NCBI RefSeq assembly: GCF_964204865.1
Contig: NC_135264.1
Location: 10,664,001-10,728,000, forward strand
Direction: 5' to 3'
Length of the DNA stretch: 64,000 bases
From: Styela clava
Taxonomy: Eukaryota
The position numbers were made by a program, and so were the translations under genes. Positions 13,101 to 25,000 of this stretch are shown here, piece by piece; the first letter of the stretch is position 1; every line of letters begins with the position of its first letter. The notes below the pieces were generated by a model. That model saw nothing but the letters and a program-made list of their open reading frames with translations, was not told the DNA's origin and did no database searches.

Positions 13101-15146
13101 CAGACATCCGCAACGCTAAGAAAAGATGAGTTTCCAGCACTTTTGAACAAACTCTGCTTTGCTCTTGATGTCAGGGGAGCAAACAACCTAGTTGCAGGAT
13201 TTAAAAAAGCAGGACTTGTTCCGCTCAATAAAGAAGAAGTTCTCAGTAGATTACCAAGAACTACGAGTCATGATGATTCTGATGTTATCAGTGAAAAATT
13301 TCTTGAGAAAATTTCAGATTTAAGATCTTCTGTGGCAAAGGAAACTAAAACAAGAAAGAAGGTTCAGGTAGAACCTGGGAAAAGCGCATGTGAGGAAGAT
13401 GTGGCAAGACTTGAAAAAACGGTTTCAAAAAAAGCTCAAGCAAATCAAAATATTGAAGATTCAGATTCAACGGTTGAAATTGTTTCCTCAGACGATGAAT
13501 GCGATGAAGCCTCTACTCCTGAATCATCCAACTCTCACTCTGTAGTTTCAACTGCTCATCACTTGCCATTTGAAGAATGCAACATTGGTGATTATGTTAT
13601 AATTTCGTATGAGGGTGAATTATACCCTGGAATTGTCAAAACCCGCACAACTGACGGGTGCGAGGTGAGTGTCATGGAGAAGTCTGGATGTAACTGGAGA
13701 TGGCCATTTCGGAAAGATCAGATTTTTTACGACTGGAGCAGCATAAAACGTTGTATCAGTCCCCCAGATCTCATAAATGCGCGAGGCATCTATAAAGTGT
13801 CTGAATTGAACTGAACTGACCTTTTTGCCATGATATCAACTGCTATGAATGAATACAGACATGTTTAATTTTGATTTTTGCAGTGCCATTATAAAATGGC
13901 CGATTTCGTTGAGTGTTCTAATTTTTTTGGGGTTTCTGTTTTTTTAAAAAGTCTCTGTGGGCCAAAGCCCACTGTAATAAATGTTTTCTTTGTCTCAGTA
14001 TGGGTACAGCTTAATTTATGGGGAGAAATAGGCACTGGGCCAAAGTGGTACCGAAATTGCTGGTGACTTTGGCCCACCGTAAATTAAAAAAAATAATATA
14101 GAAAAAACAAATATTTTGGTTCAATGATTATGCACGACGTATACCCCCTCTAAAATGCATAGTTTGGACCCGGAATAGCAATTCATAGATTTTTAATATT
14201 CGAGATATTTTGACTGAAAGACCAAAAATGGGTCATAGTCACCCCGCTTTACGGTACTTAATATTATTAAAAAACTTATTAATAAAAAAGACAACCAGAA
14301 AACCATTCGAAAAAAAATGGATTGAAACCCCATGCACAGCACCTGACAAGTAGGTAATGCTGAACTGAATAGATTCCGGTACTCTCAAAAACATTATCTC
14401 TGTGCATATCCGTGAGTAGAGCCCCTTGTTCAAAGTGAAGGCAAGGAAAAGTTGTATACAAAAAAATTCCAATTTTTGGTAGCAGTGTAGAGTATCAACT
14501 AAAAAGTACCATTTTGTCTTTTAGGATAAAACGCATACACCACAAAAAATTCATTTTAAATATTGAAAAATTTTTTTTTTATACGATGACATTATTGAAA
14601 ACCGAACGTAAAACTACTCAATTATTGCTTGGTCAAACAGAAAAGAGTGAATTAAAAATGGATCCCTTACTTCTTTTGTAGTACAGACAGAGAAGAAGCA
14701 CTGAGATTGGTCTTTTGACCAGCAGTTTGTTTTTTCTTTTTACCAACCCTGGTAAGGCTATTTGGTGGAGTTGTGACAGCCTTTTTCCGCTTTATTCTCC
14801 TGGATTTTTTTTCGTCGAGACTGGACTTAGATAGTTTTACTGTAATGCACACCTCAGTATTTTCTTCCTTGTTTTGTGTTTTTTCTTTTAAATTTGAATC
14901 ACAAATCTGAAATAATGATTATTCGAGGATTAAATTGGTTGACTTTGTAGAAAAGAATGCGTAAGAAAATGACGCAGCCCAGCAAACATTTCAGCTGAGC
15001 ATAGCCGACATAGCTGGTTAGTGTCTGCATGAGAACAATTTAAAATAAGTGACAAAGAAAAAATTTACGATAAACAAAAATTTAAATGTGGGTATTCTTA
15101 TCCACAGATTGGTTTCCATATCTGGCTAAACACTTACTTTAGTCAT
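1148..15146 (-). CDS. Uncharacterised multi-exon gene, about 530 aa, basic and Ser/Lys/Arg/Asn-rich, no recognisable domain
   Basis: Chain of GT-AG exons with consistent phases and no stops: 15146-15138 (MTK, tentative), 14906-14671, 11130-11040, 10392-10151, 9489-9190, 9021-8762, 8292-8135, 3718-3577, 3117-3051, and a tentative last exon from 1242 to about 1148. Several correspond to minus-strand ORF-track fragments (14667..14852, 10120..10350, 8757..9131, 8117..8317, 3479..3742). Both termini are uncertain. Confidence 0.7.
7850..7865 (-). promoter_or_regulatory. Candidate CTCF motif (CCAACAGGGGGCAGCA)
   Basis: Close match to the CTCF core CCASYAGRKGGCRSY in an AT-rich intron. Motif match only. 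Confidence 0.35.
11317..14254 (+). mobile_element. Full-length pogo-superfamily (DD35D) DNA transposon in an intron of the orphan gene
   Basis: 24-bp TIRs: CCGTAAAACGGGGTGACTTTGACC (11317-11340) and the reverse complement of 14231-14254, with 2 mismatches. TA duplication at 11315-16 and 14255-56. Subterminal GACTTTGGCCC copies near 11350, 11750 and 14065. Confidence 0.95.
11867..13814 (+). CDS. pogo/Tigger-like transposase, 2 exons, 580 aa (HTH_psq-like + CENP-B-type HTH + DDE_1 + Tudor-like tail)
   Basis: Exons 11867-12416 and 12622-13814 are joined by a 205-nt GT-AG intron, giving ...NYDETNLTDDPG|QKKIICKRG.... The catalytic triad is NYDET / IGDNLSSH / QPLD, with 35 residues between the second and third Asp. 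Confidence 0.93.
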
Positions 15147-16328
15147 AATAGGCACAAAACATTTTTTGCTTCAAATTGTCCAACATTAGTACCAGTTCAA
15201 ATTTTACTCATTGATTACATATTACCCTAAAAAAAACATTTAAATAAACCTAAATCAAGAAACAGTTTAATGAAGATTTGCTGAAACATGAAGTGGAGTC
15301 AGTTTACTACAAATTAACTCACTTTACAGTGAAAGAATGAACACCGCATTATACAAATTGAAGAAAATGTTTTAACAAATTAAGCACCAAATACCTTTTC
15401 AACTATTGAATAGAGATGCTAATTAATAAAAAGTCAGAAAGTTTTTCAGTATGAATAACTCAAAGCAAGGTGAGGCACCCTCGCACAGACGTGGATGAGA
15501 CTCATCTCTGAGCAAAGTTATAGGCGACCAATTAAAATGCCAGGAACATGGTATTATTACCTGCGATCTATGCCTATTAACAATATACTTGGCACAATTC
15601 AACTTAATTCAATCGGGGAAAACATCTAGTGATTGTGAATTCCACATAGATTACATCTCAGATTCAGTTAAAAATGTATGCCACAGAGAACTTTGTGACA
15701 TAGAAATTGAAGAGGAGCAAGTAAACAATGCCACCTTATTAATAGCTTAATTTAAAATTGGCAACTAAAATATAATACACAATGCCATGGAAAAACTGAA
15801 TACTTGATTAAAATATTAAAAATTTCGTACAGGTATTATATATTATTTGCTCTTTCTAAATACGTGGCAAATCAACTGGAATCGACATGTGTTAAATTTT
15901 AATAAAAAAAAAGTAGTGACTAATAAAATATGCAATACCAAAATTCAAACAGACAATATAGAGTAATAATTCTTATAAATTAATTAATAGTACTATAGAA
16001 ATTTCAAAAAGTTCAGCTGCAATAAAATTTGTTTGTGAAAGTTTTTTTCGAGCCTTGGATTTTCAAAGTTAATATTTCCAATGCAAAGAAAATTTTTGAA
16101 TAAATCTCGATTTTGAGGTGAAATACACCAATTTAAATTAGTTGACATGTGAAATTCTAGAATACCAAAATGAAGGATATATAGTTTATATCTTAATAAC
16201 TACAGTGTGATCTTGAATCAAAAATCAGGTATAAAAGCCATATCTACGGTAAGTAACAGTAATATCAATAAATATTGCAAATTGATTGTTGCAAAGAAAA
16301 TTAATGAAGTTGAAAAATAAATGCTACT

Positions 16329-16402
16329 AAATTTGAAGAAAAATTTCGATACAACAAATCACCATTGAGGTTTTTATTTGCGGATGTCACAAATTCAAAT
16401 TT
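16329..16402 (-). promoter_or_regulatory. SECIS element (type 2, GUGA core) in the MSRB1 3' UTR
   Basis: The minus strand reads aaauuugaa-uuu-GUGAC-AUCCGCAAAU-AAAA-ACC-ucaau-GGU-g-AUUUGUUGUAU-CGAA-auuuuuc-uucaaauuu. This gives a perfect 9-bp helix I, a UGAC/CGAA quartet, a ~10-bp helix II, an unpaired A run and an apical mini-stem. It lies ~370 nt after the stop. Confidence 0.85.
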
Positions 16403-16767
16403 GCAAACATTTATTTTTACAACTTTTTCAACTATTAAAAACACAGAGTAAAACATAAAACATTGGACCCTTTTGGACATCAAATTATCATATTAGAAGT
16501 GGGAGAATCATGAAATATTATGGGAAAAATTCTCTTATTGAAGCAATAAAATACATTTTTATACTTTTTGGGTTTGGTATTTATCAAATTATGGAAGAAT
16601 CTGGTATAAAGTTAATCATGATTGTCCGAAACAATAACAACATAATACACTTTAAAAGATTGAGGTATGGCCATCCCTTCAAGTATGGTAAAAGGAGCTT
16701 CATGTTTCTAGTATCCACGCATGCTTTTGTTTTACTCTGCAAGAGGTAATATGTAATTACCAAAGGT

Positions 16768-17085
16768 TTATGTCTTTTTAGAGACAAATTTTAACGAGGC
16801 AGAGAATATTCAAAATCGTGATTTGCCATTTGGTCCATTTTTCAAAAATTCATGTCCGAGCTCATTTCCACATTTTGCACAAGAAATTTTTAGTGCAGTT
16901 GGTGATTCATTGTATTTGCTAAGGCTGTCCTGGTGGATCACTTCTGAAAAAGCCGGCCATGGAGACGAATGTTCAAACTTTGAGTTGCTGGAAAATAGCT
17001 CATATTCACATTTTGAGCATGCATAAATTCCGGGCGTGAAATGATCTTTGTATTTTTCGCCATTATTAAATGAACAAAACGACAT
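16768..17085 (-). CDS. MSRB1: Methionine-R-sulfoxide reductase B1 (selenoprotein R/X), 105 aa, Sec at codon 92
   Basis: MSFCSF start, Zn-binding CxxC motifs (CSKC, CAKC), PWPAF and GHEF. Reading through TGA 16812-16810 gives [20 protein letters not shown], matching the vertebrate MSRB1 motif SRFUIFSSSLKFV. The ORF track wrongly stops at the TGA. Confidence 0.96.
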
Positions 17086-17881
17086 AGTTATGACAAAAGA
17101 TAGTAACTTAGATAAATATACAGTGGAAGACACAGTACTGTCAAAAGCTTCAAGCTAGAAATCTGAATTTAATGAAAAATAATTGAGTTATACAGGTCTA
17201 TTTATAATTATATCTGAGTATAATATTGGAGTAGGCAGAATATGGCAACAGCGTTGGAAAAAGATAAATCAGTGAACTTCTATTAATAGACTCTGTCTTC
17301 CTGATATCACATTAAATATGCAGATATGAGAAAAACGTTCTTTTTCTGTAACCTGTAAAGCTAGCCCTTTATACAATTCCTGAATTCTACCATGTCCTCA
17401 TGTTGCGCTATATTCTGATATGGATTACAGCGCTAGAATAATCTAATGTACGATTGGAAATCTGATCTCTTGCTATTACATTATGAACATAATTAATCAT
17501 GCAAAACACACGCAAATCAGCATATTATACCCAAAGGCAGAAAGGAAAATATATGGCAACGACGGAATACAGGAAAATGTATGGCACATGCGATCGCTGT
17601 ACATTGTTAAGTGGGAGCGACGTATATGTTTTAACAATAATACTGAATTATATCTCAAGGTTTCTCATGATAAATCACAATACCTTAAATACAGCTTCCG
17701 TCTATCTGAACTTTTTGTATTTTGTTCATATCGGTACCAAAGAGGACGAATTTACTGTGTCGTTCATGCGTGAACGGATCGATTTATTTGTAGTTTTGTT
17801 TTGTATGTCAAAGTCTGCAAATTTGTTCAGCCAAATCGATCGTGCATCGTGTATATGTATGTACTGTACTATCGGTATGCA

Positions 17882-20800
17882 ATGCGACATATCTGGCGAA
17901 GGTTTCACAGTATGAGGGCGCAGAGCAATGCTTCCAGAGCAGATAGCAGACCTTGGAAAGACGCAGCGTCTCTTATAATAGCCACCCCGGCCGATAAAAC
18001 TAATTCAACGAAATACCCTTCCGATTATAATATTCTTTTCTTAAAACGAATTGCAAAATCATCGTTCTTTCCGAATGCCTACGTGTATCCAGGAGGTGCT
18101 CTCGATCCAGCAGACAAGCATTACCGGTGGATAGAAATATTTCAAAACATAGATCCACAATTTTGTGACAATGTTGAAAAAGAATTCTTTGTGTACCAAA
18201 AAGACGGAAAACGATCGCCATTATTTCCTGGCGACAGAGATGCATTAAGTCAAGGCGTTTTACCAAACGAAATTGTTTTTCGAATCTGTGCAATACGTGA
18301 GACATTCGAGGAAAGTGGCCTACTTTTACTGACAAACGATGTCCAAAGCCGTAGATTAAAACCAAACAGTGTCCATGCCTCTTCTGTATCACACTTACTG
18401 ACATCAGATATTATTGAAAAATGGAGGAATAAAGTTCATAATGATGCCAATGAATTCATAAATCTGTGTATTGAGCTCAACAAAGTACCTGATATCTGGA
18501 GTTTGAAAGAGTGGTCTGAATGGTTGACGCCCATACTGAGTAAAAAAAAAGCCGGAAAACGGTATGTTAAGTATTTAAATTTCACCTCATTGATTATATA
18601 AATTGAGCTTTTGATAGATAATTCATTTTACTAATTCTGTGATTATTCACATAACCTTCCATCTTTTTCAAATTCTGATAAATAGGATTGTCACAACATA
18701 AAAAAGCATTTGCTGAATGTGTTCAATAAAATGTATGAAGGTAAAAGTCATTCTGCTGTTTGTAAAATAGTCAATGAAGATAATATTTATTTTTACTTCA
18801 ATTTACTGTCTGAAATATTTAAAATTTACTTTTTTTAGGTATGATACTGTATTTTATTCATGTTGTCTGCAAGAAAAACCACAATACCTTGCCCATGATA
18901 AAGTGGAGATGTCAGAATCTATATGGATTTCACCTGCAGAGATATTACGAAGGTTAATAATTTTTTTTCTCTCTCCGATTTATGGTGTAATTATACAACA
19001 TGTCATGATCACAAGGCTGTTATGGAAATCAGAATTGTCAAGGCTGTTGATGCCTCATGTTATTAATCATTTTCTTGGGCGATTGATTCTGCTTAACATG
19101 AGCATATACTGTGTTACACTACACTCATACAAATTGCAGATATGTTCTTTAAAATGTTCAAATGTCGATTCAATATTATTTGTCGGAGCATACTTTGTGT
19201 GATCAAATGTGATTGTACTATGCTCTTTTACATCCTATTATGTGATAGAATTTTTATTAGACTACATACTTTCTACTCATGTCCATCCAAATAATTTTGG
19301 CTAGTCACAAACTAATCGCCATTTAAAATGTGAACTTTTTGATTGAAATTGATTTCTATATAAATTCTTAAAGTCCCCAATCTTCAAATACTTTCATTTG
19401 GCAACTTGGAATCTGTCAATGAAAAGTTTGAAGAAGGTATATTCACGATGAGATTAAAATAATAATCAAAGTTTCAGCTTTGAAAACCAGCTATTTATTG
19501 ATTGTCATACCATAGTTTGTTTGATAGTAAAATTCTCCTAAAATATCAGCTTAATGAATTAACATAACTGTTTAAAATTTTCAAAAATAAAAGAACCAAT
19601 ATTGTTCGGGAGCTAGTTTTGAAGCATTCTGATACTGTATACGATTTGGAAGGTTGTATTTAGTAATTTAAATTCTCACTTTAGATTATGTGTATTTACA
19701 TTTGACTATGCCATGTAGTGCTGATGTATTCTATTGTGAAATGTTGCAAATTTGTTTAGGTACTTAACAGAGGATATCTTCCTGGCACCTCCACAAATCC
19801 TGGAGACATTGAAGCTGTTAAATTTCAGTACTATTGAAAGCCTAGCTGATTATATGACTAAAAGGGCTATGAAAGGAATGCGAAGGTTAATGCCACATTT
19901 TACTTTAACAAAGGATGGACAGATCATAGAATTGTTTCCAGGTTAGTGTCTATTTATCCAGTTAACCCTTTCCGTACGGTGGGCACGTATAGGTACCCAC
20001 GACAAAACTCACTAGATTGCGGCGGGTACGTTGATGTACTTCACTGTTTTATTTAGCAATCGGTCGCAAGCTGTTGGTTTAGTTTTTCCGGGTTTTAGTT
20101 CATTGATAAGAAGTCTTCTTCGAGATTAACATAAGCGACGGCAAATCTCGCTTTCGTTTACCATGGGAATTTTATTTGCGGCGGAACGAGTGAGTGTTTT
20201 TGAAATTTATGCAAATTTCGGTGTTTTTTGGGTGGTAATAGAAGACGTATTATCCCTTCCATCTACCAAAGTATTTTGAGTTAGATAACGAAATTGCTAC
20301 AGCAATATTATGCTATTGTTTGCCAACCAGGAAGCGGTAACAGTAAAGAATTTAGCAAATATTTCTATTTTTTATCACGGTTTGAAGTTTCAACACCCAA
20401 GATCGCCATTTGCCATTTGCAAGCTCTTTAAATAAGCTTTCCAACGAGCCGTCAGTGGGCAGCAGAGGATCATTACTTTTTCGTTAGTCGATCGATTAGT
20501 TGTGGGGGTACAAATGCATAAAGTCGGCGTAGCAAATACGATTATTTAATAAAAAATAAAAATCGCATGGAAAGGGTTAAGGCATTATATTAGGATTTAT
20601 GGGGGTTTTATCCACTTACATACTTCTGTTGCCAGGTATTATTCCATAAAGCACGTTTTATCTTGATACTCGAGTTTACCTATTTACTCATCTTTCAACA
20701 CAAAAGACAGTATAATTATGTCTGAGACTTCAGGAATGTCTGTGAAACCTTAAAATAAGGTCAAAAGTGGGATTAAAAAGAATCTAGTCATAGCTGACCA

Positions 20801-21195
20801 AAATATTTACTGAACTATCCGAACAGAAACATGTTGATCTTCCAATATTGGGACCAAATTATCAATCAATCAGTTAGTTAGTTTGCGTCAGCCCTTACAC
20901 AATATGTATTGCACTTAAGTCTTTATTTATTTTTCTCATCTTGCTCAATTTTTTACCAGGTGATAAGCAATATCCGGAAGATCCAGATGAATTGATCAGA
21001 GAAAGAGACCTAACTACACTCGATCAAACTTTTGAAGAAATTCTGAACTCGAAAAACAGGTTCTGTCTTCCTGCAGGGGGAGATCCTGTTGATAGACTTG
21101 CTTCTGTATTGTGCAATGTTGAACTGGATTATGATCAAGTAGGACCAGTGACAATTAAGGACATTGCGGATCTTGGCTTGAACTCTAAATTATAA
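17882..21195 (+). CDS. NUDT19: Nudix hydrolase 19 (acyl-CoA diphosphatase), 4 exons, C-terminal PTS1 SKL
   Basis: Exons 17882-18561, 18839-18952, 19760-19941 and 20960-21195 with consistent phases. Motifs: WKDAASLI, FPNAYVYPGG, split Nudix box RICAIRETFEESG, WSEWLTP..RYDTVFY, FLAPPQ, FPGD. Ends in NSKL. Confidence 0.9.
19966..20576. mobile_element. Non-autonomous piggyBac-type element in NUDT19 intron 3
   Basis: TTAA at 19962-65 and 20577-80. The ends CCCTTTCCGTACG and CGCATGGAAAGGG form a 13-bp TIR with 2 mismatches. No ORF. Confidence 0.88.
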
Positions 21196-22024
21196 TTTTA
21201 TTTCTTATTTAATTATTAGAAAAAATTATATTTCAAGAAATTTGTTTTTCATCACTGTATTGTAATTTAATTCAATATGTTTTCAATAAGAATGTGATAA
21301 ATGATTGACAGTATTAAATATTTCGTTCTGAGCTATGTATACCAGTGTTAGAGAGACCGAGTCAACTTTTTTTGAGGCCAATATTTACTGGTATCTCTGA
21401 ACCAGTGTCGCCAGCAACCAAACGGACAAAAAAGTGTTGTATTTATGGAAAAAAGTTGCGCAATAGAGGCTAGCGTTATTAGAAAATAATTGTTAGCAAT
21501 CTGTCGCGATATTCATTTTCCTAATATTTGCAAATCAACAATATGTCAAAAGGTGAACAATTGAAATTCTAAGTAAGCTTCCAAAATTCGTAATGGTGAA
21601 GCACAGGAAGAGTTTTTCTGGGGTCAGAGGAAAGTCCATTGTCTGTGATATCATCAATCCGGTTTCAGTTCCACTTACCAGTGTTAAAACTTATTCTGAA
21701 TGATGCTGAAACAGAAAATTATTTTATGTACATACATTGTTGAAGTCTATCGCAGAATTTTAGCAAATATGAACGAATTTATTGATATTCTGTTCTATAA
21801 TTAATGTGATGAGTTCGCGGGTTATAAAAATAACTGTCATCCGCATATAATTTTAGTGCAGTAATATACTGCCTTATTAAGTTAAAATCAAATGTCAATA
21901 AAATATTTTTAATATTAATAACTTTTCCTGACATGTTATGGGTGTGATACTTGCCTCTATATGTTGAGCACACATTGCATCATAAATCTTGAATTAAAAA
22001 TGGTATATTAAATAGTAAACTTAC

Positions 22025-25000
22025 CAGATTCAGATTTTATTTTCGTCATGCAAAACCAATATACGATATGAAAAAATAAAAAAAGGCATATAACAAATTA
22101 CGAAGACAGATATCGGCTTGTTGCAATAGACGAGGGATCGCGAAAGACTCAAAGAGTCATCCAGTCAGCGACACCTTGTAGCTGCATTGAAGCAGCAAAT
22201 ATAGCAACCGAACAACTCAATATTAAATAGTCACTAAATTCGACACAATCATATATATAAAAGGGACAACAAAAAGAATGCCACAATGACCACGAAAAGT
22301 TACCTAAACATTCACTTAATTAGCCTCAATCACAAAAAGGAACAACAAAGTTTGAAAAATAAAATACAGGATGTCATAATAACTATGGAGTATTAGATAT
22401 TTACCTAATTAAACTCGATCATACAGAGTAAGAACAAAATAAAATCGAAATAAACACCGAGATACTACAATGATCACATCGTATTATATGACTTAACAGC
22501 GACATCTGTAAGAAGGATATGCCTCAATGACAACAAAGAATTGCGAAATAATGCTGACTAAGCATACACAGTAAACCAATATGGCGTGCCCAGCAACGGG
22601 CTTCTGGCTGCGAGAATCAATACCGTATTTAACGGATTTTTATGTTGAAAGCGATTGTTAGTGGCTATTAGAGTAGTGCAGAATAATTATGGGTTCTGCA
22701 GTATTCGTGGCATATAGGTTGGGCGGAAAATATTAAAACAAGAACAGTACACAGCGAGCACACAACTTGACGAACATGGATGGGAAAAGCAGCACCACAG
22801 GGATAGGTACAGTACATACCGGTATACAAATATAATATTTCTAGACTAATTGCAACTGGGCTTATAAGCATCTAGGTATAGGCTCTTCAGTGCATGTTTA
22901 TACAAGTTATAGGTACTGGTCCTAATGCTATTGGGGAGATTATTCCACAATTTAACACCAACAAACTTGATTGAGTTTTGGGTGAGTTTGGTGCTAAAAC
23001 GATTTACATAATAAGAACTGCTAATAGAGGACCGTGTTCCATATGAGTGAACATTGCTTTGTTTTGAAAAATAGTTTGTGAACGCAGGAGGGAGTTTTTT
23101 GCAGTGGTGTTGGTGCATCAATTTCAAAACTTCTATTTTGTAAATGTCTGCCAATTTAATAATTTGAAGGTTATAATAAATAGGACTGAGTCGTGAAAAA
23201 TAACTAGCGGCAGATATTGCACGGATTGCTCGGTTCTGCATAATTTCAATGCGATGTAATACTGTTTTAACAGCTGAACCCCAAGCAATTATGCCGTATT
23301 GGATATGGCTCTGGAATAAGGAGTAGTACACCATCCTTAGTGTTGTTGGTGATGTAAATCGTCTAAGCTTGTAAAGTATTCCAACCGATTTAGATAATTT
23401 AACGGATAATTTGGATAAGTGAACATCCCAATTCATTTTACTATCTAAATATATGCCAAGATATTTATAAGAATGGACATTTTCAAGTTCTTTGTCATCA
23501 ATTTGTATTACTGTTTCATTTTTAGATTTGCACTGGTGTGGAGATATTAACATAGTTTTTGATTTGCCAATGTTCAGTGTTAGTTTATTAGACCGCATCC
23601 AATTTGATACTTTCGCAATTTCAGAATTTACTCTCAACTGAAGAACTGCACAAGATTTGTCGCTGTCGAGAAGATTGGTATCATCAGCAAACAATTTGGT
23701 AAAGAAGGAGGAACAACAAGTTATGTCATTTACATAGACTAGAAATAGAAGAGGACCCAAGCAACTACCTTGAGGAACTCCGTGAGTCACTGGTAAGGGA
23801 GAGGAACGACACGACCCAACTTGAACATATTGTGATCTATTACTTAAATAACTAGAAATGAGTTTGTTTGCTGTACCCCTGATACCGAAATGTCTCAACT
23901 TGTAAATCAGGATGTTATGATTTACGGTATCGAAGGCCTTCCTTAGATCTAGGAATGTTGCACTGACAAACTCCTTCCTCTCTAGTTTATCGTAGATATA
24001 TGATATTGTGTCTAAGATAGCATGTGATGTAGATAGATTATTTTGGAAGCCAAACTGTGATTTATTTATTACATCATGTTTCGTAAAAAAAGCATTGAGT
24101 CGCTTATGAATCAAACGCTCAAATATTTTACTTATTGATGAAAGAATTGAAATTGGTCTGTAATTTGACATACATTTTTTATTGCCAGATTTGAAAAGAG
24201 GGATCACTCGGGCAATTTTGAGACATGCAGGGAAGATTCCAAACAAAAGTGAACAATTGAAGAATTCAGCCAAACATGGTGCAATGAGATCAGCAACTAA
24301 TTTAAGGAAACGTGCTGGTATGTTGTCTGGACCAACTGCCTTCCTGTCTTTCAAATTATGTATTTCTATTATCAATTCATTTGTAGTCGCTGGGTTCATG
24401 AAGATGGACTGGTTTATACAATTGTGAAGAAATTGTTTAAAGCTATCCTGTTCAGTGGAAAACTTGCCTGAAAGGCTAGACCCAATTGTAGAAAAATACT
24501 TATTAAATTCTGTAGCAATCAAAAGTTCATCCCTAATTATAGAGCCATTTTCAATATCGATCTCGTTAACTTTTTGATTAGATTTATTTTTTACATGAGT
24601 GATTTCGTTAACTGTTTGCCATGTTGACCTAGGATTACCTTTGTTTTTAGCAATAAGGTTTTGATAATAGGTTTGTTTTGAATCATCTATGGCTCTAATC
24701 AAAACATTTCTATACTTTTTGAAATAGGAGCGTTCGGAAGTGTTCCCTTTCAAAAAGTGGGATTCAAACATCTTATTTTTGTGGCGAATAGAAGCAAGCA
24801 GCCCTTTGGTTAGCCATGGTTTTGATCGTAGCCTTTTTTGACGACGTGAGAGTGGTCGAAGCGGGGCGTGGCGATCAATCAGGTGAACAAAAGATTTTAC
24901 AAATTCGCTGAAAACACCATCAAAGTTTTGGGAACTCAAATTGTTTCTAGCAATATAATTATGAAAAATTACTTGTGTATCTGTGCGAAAGCAATCAATC

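Noticed and set aside
14968-15012. SECIS-like hairpin on the plus strand (ATGAC...AAA...CGAC)
   Set aside because: Wrong strand for MSRB1, no upstream plus-strand selenoprotein ORF, and an irregular helix. CCAGCAAACATT recurs at ~56186, suggesting a repeat remnant.
15500-15750. Stop-free plus-strand frame of ~80 codons with several Cys
   Set aside because: No ATG, no supported splice partners and no recognisable motif. It is antisense to the flanking genes.
16670-16705. ATGA-started hairpin just after the MSRB1 stop
   Set aside because: No 3' GA for the quartet and no unpaired AA. The 16329-16402 element fits far better.
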